From Bacilli bacterium (GTDB taxonomy: Bacteria; Bacillota_I; Bacilli_A; RF39; UBA660), in assembly GCA_045545595.1 (NCBI GenBank), contig JAZQBG010000003.1, forward strand, positions 155,462 to 219,461: DNA of 64,000 bases, given 5' to 3'. This document shows, one piece after another, positions 1 through 8,218 of this stretch. Both the position numbers and the translations under genes were made by a program. The stretch's first letter is position 1. Each line of letters opens with the position of its first letter. Under the pieces are notes generated by a model, which worked only from the letters and a program-made list of their open reading frames with translations, did no database searches and was not told the DNA's origin.

Positions 1-101
1 TAGTTATATAAACTATCAAGCATGGTGTATCTACACCCATTTTGCTTGTTAGGGAATACCCTAAAACCCTTTAAATTAGTCTCCGACGGTTTAATAAAAA
101 A

Positions 102-449
102 TTAAAAATTTTTCTCTATGTCCATATCATTTTTTTGATTATAATTTGCAGAATAATAATTTAATTTATCAAAAAAAGGCACATCAAATATACTTTTGTT
201 TTGTGCCTTTTCTATATCCTTTTTAGTTATTATTCCTTTATAATACATATCTGTTAAATTGTGAGAAAGTGTCAAAGGATTAATATTTTCTTGCATATTA
301 TTATTACATATATTAAATAAAAGTGATGATTCCTCATCAGATATTTCTGGAATAATATCATAAATTCCTTGTAATATTAAATAACTTTCTAAATGATTTT
401 TATGATATTCTGGCATAATTTTATAGCAAGTAATTAACTGTTCCATCAC
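102..449 (-). CDS. hypothetical protein (small, acidic, leading-region cluster)
   Basis: ORF in track. 4-nt ATGA overlap with upstream gene. GGAG RBS embedded in upstream tail. Confidence 0.5.
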   Translation of the reverse strand: MMEQLITCYKIMPEYHKNHLESYLILQGIYDIIPEISDEESSLLFNICNNNMQENINPLTLSHNLTDMYYKGIITKKDIEKAQNKSIFDVPFFDKLNYYSANYNQKNDMDIEKNF

Positions 450-1141
450 ATCATCTCCATTTCTTTTTCGTTGGTTTCATTTGATAATTTTTCTTTAATT
501 TTATCCAAATCATTCTCAACTTTTTTCCAATCAATACAATCTTCTAAAGATGATATATACTCTAAAACTTTCTCTCTATTTTCTAAATCTAATTCTATAA
601 AATTCTTCAAATAATTTTGATTATTTACTCTTCCTGAATAACAAATAATGTAATTATCTAAATCAACATCATATTTCTCACAATACATTTTTATTGCTCT
701 ATATTTAATTTCTATACCGCCCAAATGCACATCAGTCATATCAGTATTTCGATAATCCCAATCTCCACACAGTCTATTAAATTCTTTAAGTTTTTTATTA
801 ATTTCTTTGTAATTCAATCTTGTAGAATTTGAAATTATTAAATAATTTTTATGGTGCATCTTATTTTGGATTGTTTCAACAGTAGGTAGTTTCTTTTTTA
901 TATTATAATATCTTCTAACTACTCTATTTAGATCTTTAGATAATTGATATTCATAATCCATTTTTTTATTTAACCCCATCTTCTTTAGTTCTAATTCAAA
1001 ATTATAAGAAGTAATATATTTATCACCATTATACACATCTAAACTTATTAAAACTCTTTGACCTCGTTTATCTTTTATATCACTTACAATAGTATACAAA
1101 TTGTTATATTTCATGCTCATCAAGCTCCATTTCTTTTTCAT
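446..1141 (-). CDS. hypothetical protein
   Basis: ORF in track; same-strand tight packing with ardC. No recognisable motif. Confidence 0.5.
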   Translation of the reverse strand: MKKKWSLMSMKYNNLYTIVSDIKDKRGQRVLISLDVYNGDKYITSYNFELELKKMGLNKKMDYEYQLSKDLNRVVRRYYNIKKKLPTVETIQNKMHHKNYLIISNSTRLNYKEINKKLKEFNRLCGDWDYRNTDMTDVHLGGIEIKYRAIKMYCEKYDVDLDNYIICYSGRVNNQNYLKNFIELDLENREKVLEYISSLEDCIDWKKVENDLDKIKEKLSNETNEKEMEMM

Positions 1142-2045
1142 TATCTAATGTTTTTATTAATGATTTTTCTTCCATATAATCAACTATTTTATCAGCATCT
1201 GATATTGCTTTAAAAAGTTCATTTGGTTTATCTTTTAAAATATCTATCCAATTTTGAATATACGCTTTGTGATTATTTAAGTGATTCTCATCATATTCTA
1301 AACCTAATTTTTGCATTAAGAAAGATGAACTTATTTCAGCTCTTAATTCTTCTTTTGCATATTCAGGGTTTCCAAATCCACCACTTAAATCTCTATTTAA
1401 TCTGTTCTTATGACCAGTAGAATGTGCTAATTCATGCAATTGTGTAGAATAATATCCATACTTATTTTTAAATGTATTAATTGGTGGTAATACTACCATA
1501 TCATTTCTAATATCGTAATATGCACTATTACCAACTTCTTGATATTTAACATCTATATTATCAATAATATTTTTAATATATTCCGAGGTGTTTATTTGTT
1601 CTTTTTCTGGTTCTTTTTGTTTAGGTATTCCCTCAATTAAATCACCATTAAACACCGTAGTACACTTAGTTATTATTCTAAAATTTTCTTCTTGTTCTGG
1701 ATCTTCACGAATTATTTTTTCATATTCCTTGAAAGAACAAATTTTCCTCTCTTTTATATTATACCTGCTCCAATACTCAACACATACACCTTGTCCTACC
1801 GCAGACTCTTTAAATTTCCAATTCTTTTTCTTAATTTGATTATAGGTACACCAACGATTATCTTTATAACCCTTTTGAATTGCTATATATGATAATGCTA
1901 AATTATTTACACCCCTATATTTATTACCAGAAATTGCATTAATCGGTTGTTCAACAGTCCATAATTTTTCCCAAGGAATAGCATCTTCTTCTAAACTTTT
2001 AATATACATATCAACTAAATTTTGTCTAGCTTTAGTATATTTCAT
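1104..2045 (-). CDS. ardC: ArdC-like anti-restriction protein (N-terminal ssDNA-binding ArdC domain + HExxH metallopeptidase-like domain)
   Basis: N-terminal IPWEKLW...NAISGNKYRGVNNLAL...RWCTYNQ matches the conserved ArdC-N pattern (PW..W, SGxxYRGxN, RW.T..Q). C-terminal HELAHSTGH zincin HExxH motif. Confidence 0.8.
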   Translation of the reverse strand: MKYTKARQNLVDMYIKSLEEDAIPWEKLWTVEQPINAISGNKYRGVNNLALSYIAIQKGYKDNRWCTYNQIKKKNWKFKESAVGQGVCVEYWSRYNIKERKICSFKEYEKIIREDPEQEENFRIITKCTTVFNGDLIEGIPKQKEPEKEQINTSEYIKNIIDNIDVKYQEVGNSAYYDIRNDMVVLPPINTFKNKYGYYSTQLHELAHSTGHKNRLNRDLSGGFGNPEYAKEELRAEISSSFLMQKLGLEYDENHLNNHKAYIQNWIDILKDKPNELFKAISDADKIVDYMEEKSLIKTLDNEKEMELDEHEI

Positions 2046-2957
2046 TTAGTAATCACGCTCCATTTCTATATCTAACGGATCGTAACCAGCCATAATTTTT
2101 TCTACAACATTCAATGTATATTTATTATAAACATCTTTATTTAAATATTTATCGTCATACACTAAAAAAATATCAGAATTATTTTTTTCTAAGATATTAT
2201 TTATGTTTGCTATATTTACTATATCTCTTGATAATCTATCTATTTTAGGAGTAAAAATTTGATGTTCTTTTAATGTTTCTAAATCATCTAAAAGTAAATC
2301 TAATGCAGGAGGCAATACTTTTCTTGAACTAAATCCATTATCAATATAATAATTAATATTGTTTTCATCTAATCCTTTAACTTTAGATAATAAAGTCTTT
2401 TTACAAATATTTAATTGATTTTCTATTCCATATCCATTATAAGTTGCACATCTACAATATATTGAATATTTATTATGATCTAAATTTCTATTTTCTTTTA
2501 TATGTTTAAATATTTTTTCAATGGCGTTATTTACCCATCGTGACGATATTTTTTTTGTTTCTTTCAAATTATTATCATTATCAAAAAATTCAATCCTAAT
2601 TGACTTATTATTATGAAATTCTATTGATAAATTTTTATCTTCACCTATTAAAACCTTTATTAATTCATCATCTGATTTTATATAATCTAAAATACTTTCT
2701 TTTGAAGAAGTATCAACAAGAATTTCTCCTTTTTGATGTTCTATATCTTCCTTATCAACAAAAGTTTCTTTTGCTTTTAATAAGCAATCAGAGTCTCCAT
2801 CAATAAAAATTACATACCTTCCATAATCCGTTTGAATATTAATTAATTCTCCTGAATACCATAAACAATTATTTCTTTCTTTTACATACCCACCTATATT
2901 ATTTGTTATTGTTTTCATCAATTGTCCTTTCTTAATACATATCATCGGTAATATCAA
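2046..2957 (-). CDS. hypothetical protein with C-terminal serine-recombinase (resolvase) catalytic-domain-like region lacking the catalytic Ser (S to A) and lacking an HTH
   Basis: Residues ~165-300 align by eye to gamma-delta resolvase (183 aa). IYCRCATYNGYGIENQL aligns with GYARVSTSQQSLDIQV. NGFSSRKVLPPALDLLLDDL aligns with ASGSSSDRKGLDLLRMKV. KIDRLSRDIVNIANINNILEKNNSDIFLV aligns with [29 protein letters not shown]. Better start probably the internal Met (MKTITNN, ~2918) preceded by AGAAAGGA. Confidence 0.6.
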   Translation of the reverse strand: MILPMICIKKGQLMKTITNNIGGYVKERNNCLWYSGELINIQTDYGRYVIFIDGDSDCLLKAKETFVDKEDIEHQKGEILVDTSSKESILDYIKSDDELIKVLIGEDKNLSIEFHNNKSIRIEFFDNDNNLKETKKISSRWVNNAIEKIFKHIKENRNLDHNKYSIYCRCATYNGYGIENQLNICKKTLLSKVKGLDENNINYYIDNGFSSRKVLPPALDLLLDDLETLKEHQIFTPKIDRLSRDIVNIANINNILEKNNSDIFLVYDDKYLNKDVYNKYTLNVVEKIMAGYDPLDIEMERDY

Positions 2958-4320
2958 TATCTATATCATTTTCTTTTTCTTTTTTGATAAATGTTTCATT
3001 ATAAAGCTCATTCACATCATTAAATAATTTTGCTTGAATAATTGATAATTCTTCTTTAGTTAATGTTTGGTTTTTATCAATCGTATATCCAGATACAGCA
3101 ATACCTCCTACATTTTCATTCAATTCTAATTCACATATAACTTCTTTTCCATTAATGTTATAGTTATATGTTTTAAGTTTATTTTCCTTATTAGAAAATT
3201 CAAAGTTACTTACTATTTCAGGGTTAAGATCTATATATTCTAAAGTTTTAGGATAAGTATCTATAATATTAAATTCTATATAATCTTCTACGCCTAACTC
3301 TTTCAATTCAGATTCTAAATCAATTATTTTATCTATTAAATCATTGTAATTAACTTTCCAACTATCTACTAAATCATCAGCATAAAGTCTAATATATTCA
3401 CTATCACAAGATGACAATGCCTGTTCTACCAATCCTCTTAACTCTGGTGAAATACGAATTATATCAGTTTTATTTCTAACATTAAATCCCATTACTTTTT
3501 CGAGTAATAATTCATCAGTTATTGTTTGGTTATTTAAGTTAAAATAATCATAGCCTTCATATAATTTTCTACCATCTTTAAAACAAATTTTATAATTCAA
3601 ACGAACTCTATCATCATTTGAATCAACATTTAATATTTCAATGTTATAAAGATTTTGCAATCTTTTCTTTTCATCATAATATTTAGTTTTTGCATCCTTA
3701 ACTTGTAGTTCTGCATTTAAAAAATCCATATCAGAACTATTAACCATCTTTTGATAATAATTGATTGAATTAACTAACTCTCTTGAACATTCTATAAAAT
3801 AACTGTTAAATTCATCTTGCGATTTTTCAGGATATTCTAAAATAAACATTAAATCTTCATATAAACTAACATTTTCTTTTATATTTAGTCCTTGCCATTG
3901 TTTACTTTTATTATTTATACCATTTAGAAATTTAATAGCAATTCCTCCAGCATCTTTCCAATCAAATAAATTTTTGGTATAATCGTCTATTAAATAATCA
4001 AACTTGGATACACCATTGGGAATTATTAATGTCTTATTATCGCCATATTTAACGAATAATCTCTTATTTTCTGGTAATTCAGGTAAATACCTATCTAACC
4101 AATTTTTCTTTTCATCTAAAGCATATTTACTATCATTTAAAAAGGAAGAAAGTATATAAATATCTTCTCCCTTATTAATTAATTCTTTAATAGTTTGTAA
4201 TAAAAGTTCATTTGGTTTTAAATTCTCATAATACCCTTTTTCATATAATACATCTGTCGATTCATTTTCTATCCATTCAGCTAAAGTTCCATCCATATCC
4301 ACAAATATTCTTCTATTCAT
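2932..4320 (-). CDS. HAD-superfamily 5'(3')-deoxyribonucleotidase-like domain fused to a ~280-aa uncharacterised C-terminal domain
   Basis: N-terminal FVDMDGTLAEW (DxDGT HAD motif I) and overall resemblance to the NT5C-type deoxyribonucleotidase family. C-terminal two-thirds has no recognisable motif. Confidence 0.65.
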   Translation of the reverse strand: MNRRIFVDMDGTLAEWIENESTDVLYEKGYYENLKPNELLLQTIKELINKGEDIYILSSFLNDSKYALDEKKNWLDRYLPELPENKRLFVKYGDNKTLIIPNGVSKFDYLIDDYTKNLFDWKDAGGIAIKFLNGINNKSKQWQGLNIKENVSLYEDLMFILEYPEKSQDEFNSYFIECSRELVNSINYYQKMVNSSDMDFLNAELQVKDAKTKYYDEKKRLQNLYNIEILNVDSNDDRVRLNYKICFKDGRKLYEGYDYFNLNNQTITDELLLEKVMGFNVRNKTDIIRISPELRGLVEQALSSCDSEYIRLYADDLVDSWKVNYNDLIDKIIDLESELKELGVEDYIEFNIIDTYPKTLEYIDLNPEIVSNFEFSNKENKLKTYNYNINGKEVICELELNENVGGIAVSGYTIDKNQTLTKEELSIIQAKLFNDVNELYNETFIKKEKENDIDIDITDDMY

Positions 4321-4322
4321 TA

Positions 4323-4517
4323 TTAGTTCTCCTGAATTTGGTTATCTAATTCTTGTTGCATTTGATATATTCTTTCTTGTTTCTTTTTAAAATCATATAG
4401 AACTTTTAATTGCTGATCTAACCCATTAATTTTTTCATCTATCTTTTGTCTGTTTTCTAATTCTTTTGATTTCTTTGCTTCTAAATTTTCTATTTTCTTT
4501 TCTAGTGTTTTATTCAT
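4323..4517 (-). CDS. small coiled-coil protein, hypothetical
   Basis: 64-aa K/E/Q-rich heptad-like sequence; operon position. Confidence 0.4.
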   Translation of the reverse strand: MNKTLEKKIENLEAKKSKELENRQKIDEKINGLDQQLKVLYDFKKKQERIYQMQQELDNQIQEN

Positions 4518-4533
4518 TGTTTTCTCCTTTTCT

Positions 4534-5337
4534 TTATCTTTCTAATTCTTCATCAATTTCTTTTTCTTGTTTTTTGTTTTTTATGCTATTTATAGATGTA
4601 CTAATAATCGTTGCTTTTTCATCATCAGTAAGAAAAAAAGCAGGATCAAAATTTATTTTTTTAACAGTTTTAATATCATTAACGCTAAAATTTCTCGTAA
4701 TAAAATCTATGAGAATTTCATCATTATTTTCTTTTTCATTATAACGATTAAATAAAATTTTTGATTCTATGCAATCATTTTTTATTAATTCATCAGATAA
4801 AAATATGCTATTTGAACTTTCTGCCCAACTACCGACATATTCTTCATTTTTACCAGTATAATCACCAAGTTCTCCATAATTTCCACAAGCAAGTAATAAT
4901 CCTAATGGATGAAATTTATCTCCTGTAATAAAGTTTATAGGTTCGATATACCATAGCGACTGAATTGGTTGTTTTTTTAAATCAAAATACTCTTTTTTAA
5001 ATGTATTGTAAATATATCTTGAAGGTAATCTATTAGAATAAAAAGATGTTTCTTTAATTATTTTATACGGATAAGCATATATACTTTTAATATTATATTT
5101 AGAATTTTCATTACGAACTTGTTTTAAAAATTCTTTATATTTAGAAGTTTCATATACATCAGATATATAATCTCCTACAACTATAACACGATTATCTTTC
5201 CATTCTGTTTTTAACAAATGTTCAAGATGCAACATTAAACTATTATTTTGATAACACCATTCAATAAGTTTTCCAAATACAGGAGTTTCTATTTGTTCTT
5301 TTTTGTCTATATTCATAAACTTATGTCTTTGACCCAT
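4534..5337 (-). CDS. hypothetical protein
   Basis: ORF in track, operon context. Confidence 0.5.
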   Translation of the reverse strand: MGQRHKFMNIDKKEQIETPVFGKLIEWCYQNNSLMLHLEHLLKTEWKDNRVIVVGDYISDVYETSKYKEFLKQVRNENSKYNIKSIYAYPYKIIKETSFYSNRLPSRYIYNTFKKEYFDLKKQPIQSLWYIEPINFITGDKFHPLGLLLACGNYGELGDYTGKNEEYVGSWAESSNSIFLSDELIKNDCIESKILFNRYNEKENNDEILIDFITRNFSVNDIKTVKKINFDPAFFLTDDEKATIISTSINSIKNKKQEKEIDEELER

Positions 5338-5352
5338 TTTTATATCATTCCT

Positions 5353-5637
5353 TTAACATTTTTCAATTTCATAATCATTAACATCTTTTAAATAATTTGA
5401 TACTTTATTTTTCATGTTTTTATAATCTTGTTCCTCTATTATTTCAATAAAATTATCCGCTTGTATTCCATTTAATTTTATATATGGTTCTGAAAATTGT
5501 AATATATCAAATGCTTCTATTAATTCCTTCGCTGTCTCTTCCATTGTTTTATTTGTATCAATTTCTTCATATTGACCACCATCGATAATTCTTCCATTCT
5601 TATCGTAAAATATCAATATTATCAATACAATAATCAT
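5353..5637 (-). CDS. hypothetical protein
   Basis: ORF in track; overlaps neighbour by 38 nt. Confidence 0.4.
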   Translation of the reverse strand: MIIVLIILIFYDKNGRIIDGGQYEEIDTNKTMEETAKELIEAFDILQFSEPYIKLNGIQADNFIEIIEEQDYKNMKNKVSNYLKDVNDYEIEKC

Positions 5638-6001
5638 TCATTAATTTTTCAATGTCGTTTTCTATTTGATTTAATAATTTTCCAAAAGAAGAGATTTTTA
5701 CTATTCTTGATTTTTTTAACATTTTATCTACATCAAATTTAGTATTATAAAGAACTTTATCTATACAATCATAATAACCTTCAAAATCATATTCTCGATC
5801 ATTCATTATGTTAGGCTCATATCTCCTAGAATATAGTAGGTAAAATCTATCATTATATTGTTCTTTATAGAACTGCTTACGTTCAAAACTATACTCTTTA
5901 TCAATATATAAATAGTAACTTATTTTATCATTAGCCAAAAATTCATCTAATGCTTTTTTATTAAACATATTGCCACCTTTCTTTAAAATAAAAATAATCA
6001 T
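5600..6001 (-). CDS. hypothetical protein
   Basis: ORF in track; overlapping both neighbours (true start may be internal). Confidence 0.4.
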   Translation of the reverse strand: MIIFILKKGGNMFNKKALDEFLANDKISYYLYIDKEYSFERKQFYKEQYNDRFYLLYSRRYEPNIMNDREYDFEGYYDCIDKVLYNTKFDVDKMLKKSRIVKISSFGKLLNQIENDIEKLMNDYCIDNIDILR

Positions 6002-6320
6002 CTTTATCGCTTAGAGAATTAATATATTCCACTATTTTTTTAGATGATTTTTTATTATTTTCATATTTTATTAATTTTAATAATGGTAAAGTATTTGATC
6101 CGTATAAGTATATATACGGTCTTTCAAAATCAATTTCTTGCTGTATTAAATTTATAATTTCTATTGTTAATTTTTCGTCATTAAAATAATCATATACGCT
6201 TTCTAATACACCGCCAAATAAATAATATCCTTTTGAGTTATAAAGAGTATATTCTGCCTGATAACCAAAGTTTGTTATTTGAAGTATCCTATTTTCTTTA
6301 CTAATTACAATAATATTCAT
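5961..6320 (-). CDS. hypothetical protein
   Basis: ORF in track. Confidence 0.4.
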   Translation of the reverse strand: MNIIVISKENRILQITNFGYQAEYTLYNSKGYYLFGGVLESVYDYFNDEKLTIEIINLIQQEIDFERPYIYLYGSNTLPLLKLIKYENNKKSSKKIVEYINSLSDKDDYFYFKERWQYV

Positions 6321-6928
6321 TACTTTTCCACCTCATCATGTTCTATATGAGTTTTTGATAAAGGAATACTTATTATCATTGGACAATCTTTTTTAATTTT
6401 ACTAATTAAATAGTTTATCTCTTCATCTGATAATGACACATAATCACAAATATTGTCATCAACTTTAGCTACAATCATATTTCCACGAATAATTTCACTA
6501 CCATCCCATATCATCCTATTTTTAGGTAGATCTATCATTTTTCCTTCTTCATTAACAATAAAATCATAATTTGTTTTATCAGAAAAAAAAGAAGAAACAC
6601 ATTGTATTAAACCACCTACAATTTCCTGTTTATTTTTTAGTGTATTGTATATTTCTTTCATATATGGCTCTTTTTTAGGTTCAACTATTATTACTTTTAT
6701 TTTTTCAGGTTTACTTATAACTTCAAATTCATCTACTTCAGGAATTAATGCTAAAGTTCTCCCATTTTCCCATTTCATGTGTAATTGTCCTTCACTATCA
6801 ATATAATCTACTATACCAATAGTTCCAGCTAAAATTGGTTGCTTATCATCCATATCTTTTAGTAATTTTATTTTTGTTTCAGGAGGATAGTTTTCTTTTA
6901 TTTCATTCAATTTATCTTCTGAAATCAT
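6320..6928 (-). CDS. DUF4314-like domain protein (conjugative-element associated), hypothetical
   Basis: LAGTIGIVDYIDSEGQLHMKWENGRTLALIPEVDEF resembles the DUF4314 signature (G.V..VDD.G..HV.WDNG..L.L) from memory. Confidence 0.45.
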   Translation of the reverse strand: MISEDKLNEIKENYPPETKIKLLKDMDDKQPILAGTIGIVDYIDSEGQLHMKWENGRTLALIPEVDEFEVISKPEKIKVIIVEPKKEPYMKEIYNTLKNKQEIVGGLIQCVSSFFSDKTNYDFIVNEEGKMIDLPKNRMIWDGSEIIRGNMIVAKVDDNICDYVSLSDEEINYLISKIKKDCPMIISIPLSKTHIEHDEVEK

Positions 6929-7301
6929 TTCTATTTTCTCCTTTTCTTAAAATACATACACCATAAGGAAAGCAATAATATTTACAAGTATTGCAGGAGT
7001 TTTTATCCCTTCTGATAATAGGATTAATTTTGAAATCACCATCTAAATTTTGATTAGGTTGTATTACATAATTATTGGGTAAATAACCTGTTACCTTCAA
7101 TAATTTAATAAAATCAATTCTTAACACTTCACACAAACTAATTAATGTTACAAGATTAAAATTTTTTCTTTCACCATTCTCAATCCTTGATAATTCTGTA
7201 TCACTAATTCCAACTATCCTAGCTAAACCTCTGATAGAATAACCTCTTTCAAGTCTTTTACTTCTTAATAAATCGCTTAATAATAAATAGTTATATCTCA
7301 T
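6912..7301 (-). CDS. XRE-family helix-turn-helix transcriptional regulator with Cys-rich C-terminal tail
   Basis: RGLARIVGISDTELSRIENGERKNFNLVTLISLCEVL is a canonical XRE HTH. C-terminal CNTCKYYCFPYGVC cluster. Strong RBS AAAAGGAGAAT; first gene after a terminator. Confidence 0.75.
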   Translation of the reverse strand: MRYNYLLLSDLLRSKRLERGYSIRGLARIVGISDTELSRIENGERKNFNLVTLISLCEVLRIDFIKLLKVTGYLPNNYVIQPNQNLDGDFKINPIIRRDKNSCNTCKYYCFPYGVCILRKGENRNDFRR

Positions 7302-7324
7302 TTTTATTCTCCTTTTCTATTTTT

Positions 7325-7356
7325 ATAAAACAAAAAAGAATCTATTAAGATCCTTT
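7325..7356 (-). terminator. intrinsic terminator after the MTase/286-aa operon, upstream of the XRE regulator gene
   Basis: Minus-strand RNA AAGGAUC-uuaaua-GAUUCUU (7 bp, one G-U) followed by UUUUUGUUUU, immediately after stop at 7358. Confidence 0.5.
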
Positions 7357-7357
7357 A

Positions 7358-8218
7358 TTAATTAACTTCCATTTCTATTTCAAACTCATTTTCTTTTGTT
7401 TTAGACAATTCTTTGCCAATTACTTCTTTTAATTTTATAAAACAATCATACATTGTTGTTCCATTATATTTCACCCAACTTTTAGATTGATTTGAACCAA
7501 AATCGTAGGAATAAAGATTATTATTAATAAAACCCTGTGTTGCTAAAGGAACATTAATATTATATTCTTTAAATAAATATAGAAAATTATTTTGAATAGT
7601 TTTTTTATAATAATCATCATCTTTATAGTATTCGTATGCTTTTGACAAAACTACTTTTCCTTCATAAATCGCTGTTTTCATACTCCATATTTTATCAAAA
7701 AATTCTTTATTTTTGTTCTTAACAGTATTCTTTCTATATTCTTCTCTTTCTTTTTGTTCTTCCTGTTCTTTTGTTCTTTTATCCTCTAAATATTTTTCTC
7801 TTGATTTGACAGCGTCTGGATATAATTCAGGGTGATTTTTATTTAAGTATTCTAATTCTATAATATTAAAATACTTATTTTCAATAATTCTATTTTTTAT
7901 ATTATCAATAAAATTATCATAATATTTTTTTATTTGTTCTAGCTGATAATCACAATATACAATATGTCTTTTTTTATCAAATTCTTCTACCAAATTATTA
8001 ATTGTTTTATCAAACATATCATAACTAATATAAAAGTTATAAAACATCCAATACTCACCATTTTTGTCTTTTATAAGAATATATGAAGCATCATGCTTTG
8101 TTTCGTTTAAAATGTGGAGTTCATAATCTTTATATTTAAAAGATAAAACATCTTTTCTTCTTGCAATATGATTTTGACTTTTACTTAGGTAATGAACATT
8201 CTTCTTCTTTACATTCAT
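7358..8218 (-). CDS. hypothetical protein (K/E-rich coiled region)
   Basis: ORF in track; immediately downstream of methyltransferase gene (ATG overlaps MTase stop). Confidence 0.5.
   Translation of the reverse strand: MNVKKKNVHYLSKSQNHIARRKDVLSFKYKDYELHILNETKHDASYILIKDKNGEYWMFYNFYISYDMFDKTINNLVEEFDKKRHIVYCDYQLEQIKKYYDNFIDNIKNRIIENKYFNIIELEYLNKNHPELYPDAVKSREKYLEDKRTKEQEEQKEREEYRKNTVKNKNKEFFDKIWSMKTAIYEGKVVLSKAYEYYKDDDYYKKTIQNNFLYLFKEYNINVPLATQGFINNNLYSYDFGSNQSKSWVKYNGTTMYDCFIKLKEVIGKELSKTKENEFEIEMEVN

Noticed and set aside
1-101. Imperfect 18-bp palindrome CATGGTGTATCTACACCCAT at the window edge as a possible oriT or att site
   Set aside because: It is short and imperfect, lies at the truncated window boundary, and has no nic-site consensus or flanking repeats visible. 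The evidence is insufficient.
1223-1892. Plus-strand ORFs 1223..1420, 1588..1839, 1692..1892 (and similar: 2600..2806, 4466..4755, 14311..14844, 14994..15209, 18172..18435, 18949..19263, 21293..21562, 29138..29323, 30741..31031, 31824..32741, 33529..33936, 39150..39560, 40872..41258, 42858..43076, 44879..45282, 47643..48164, 49626..49838, 51094..51892, 52527..53167, 54154..54393, 55314..55499, 55837..56388, 57638..57883, 59501..60142, 62740..62934, 63459..63713)
   Set aside because: These lie entirely antisense within well-supported minus-strand genes. They have low-complexity Leu/Phe/Ser-rich translations typical of shadow ORFs in AT-rich DNA, and no RBS. They are treated as non-coding.
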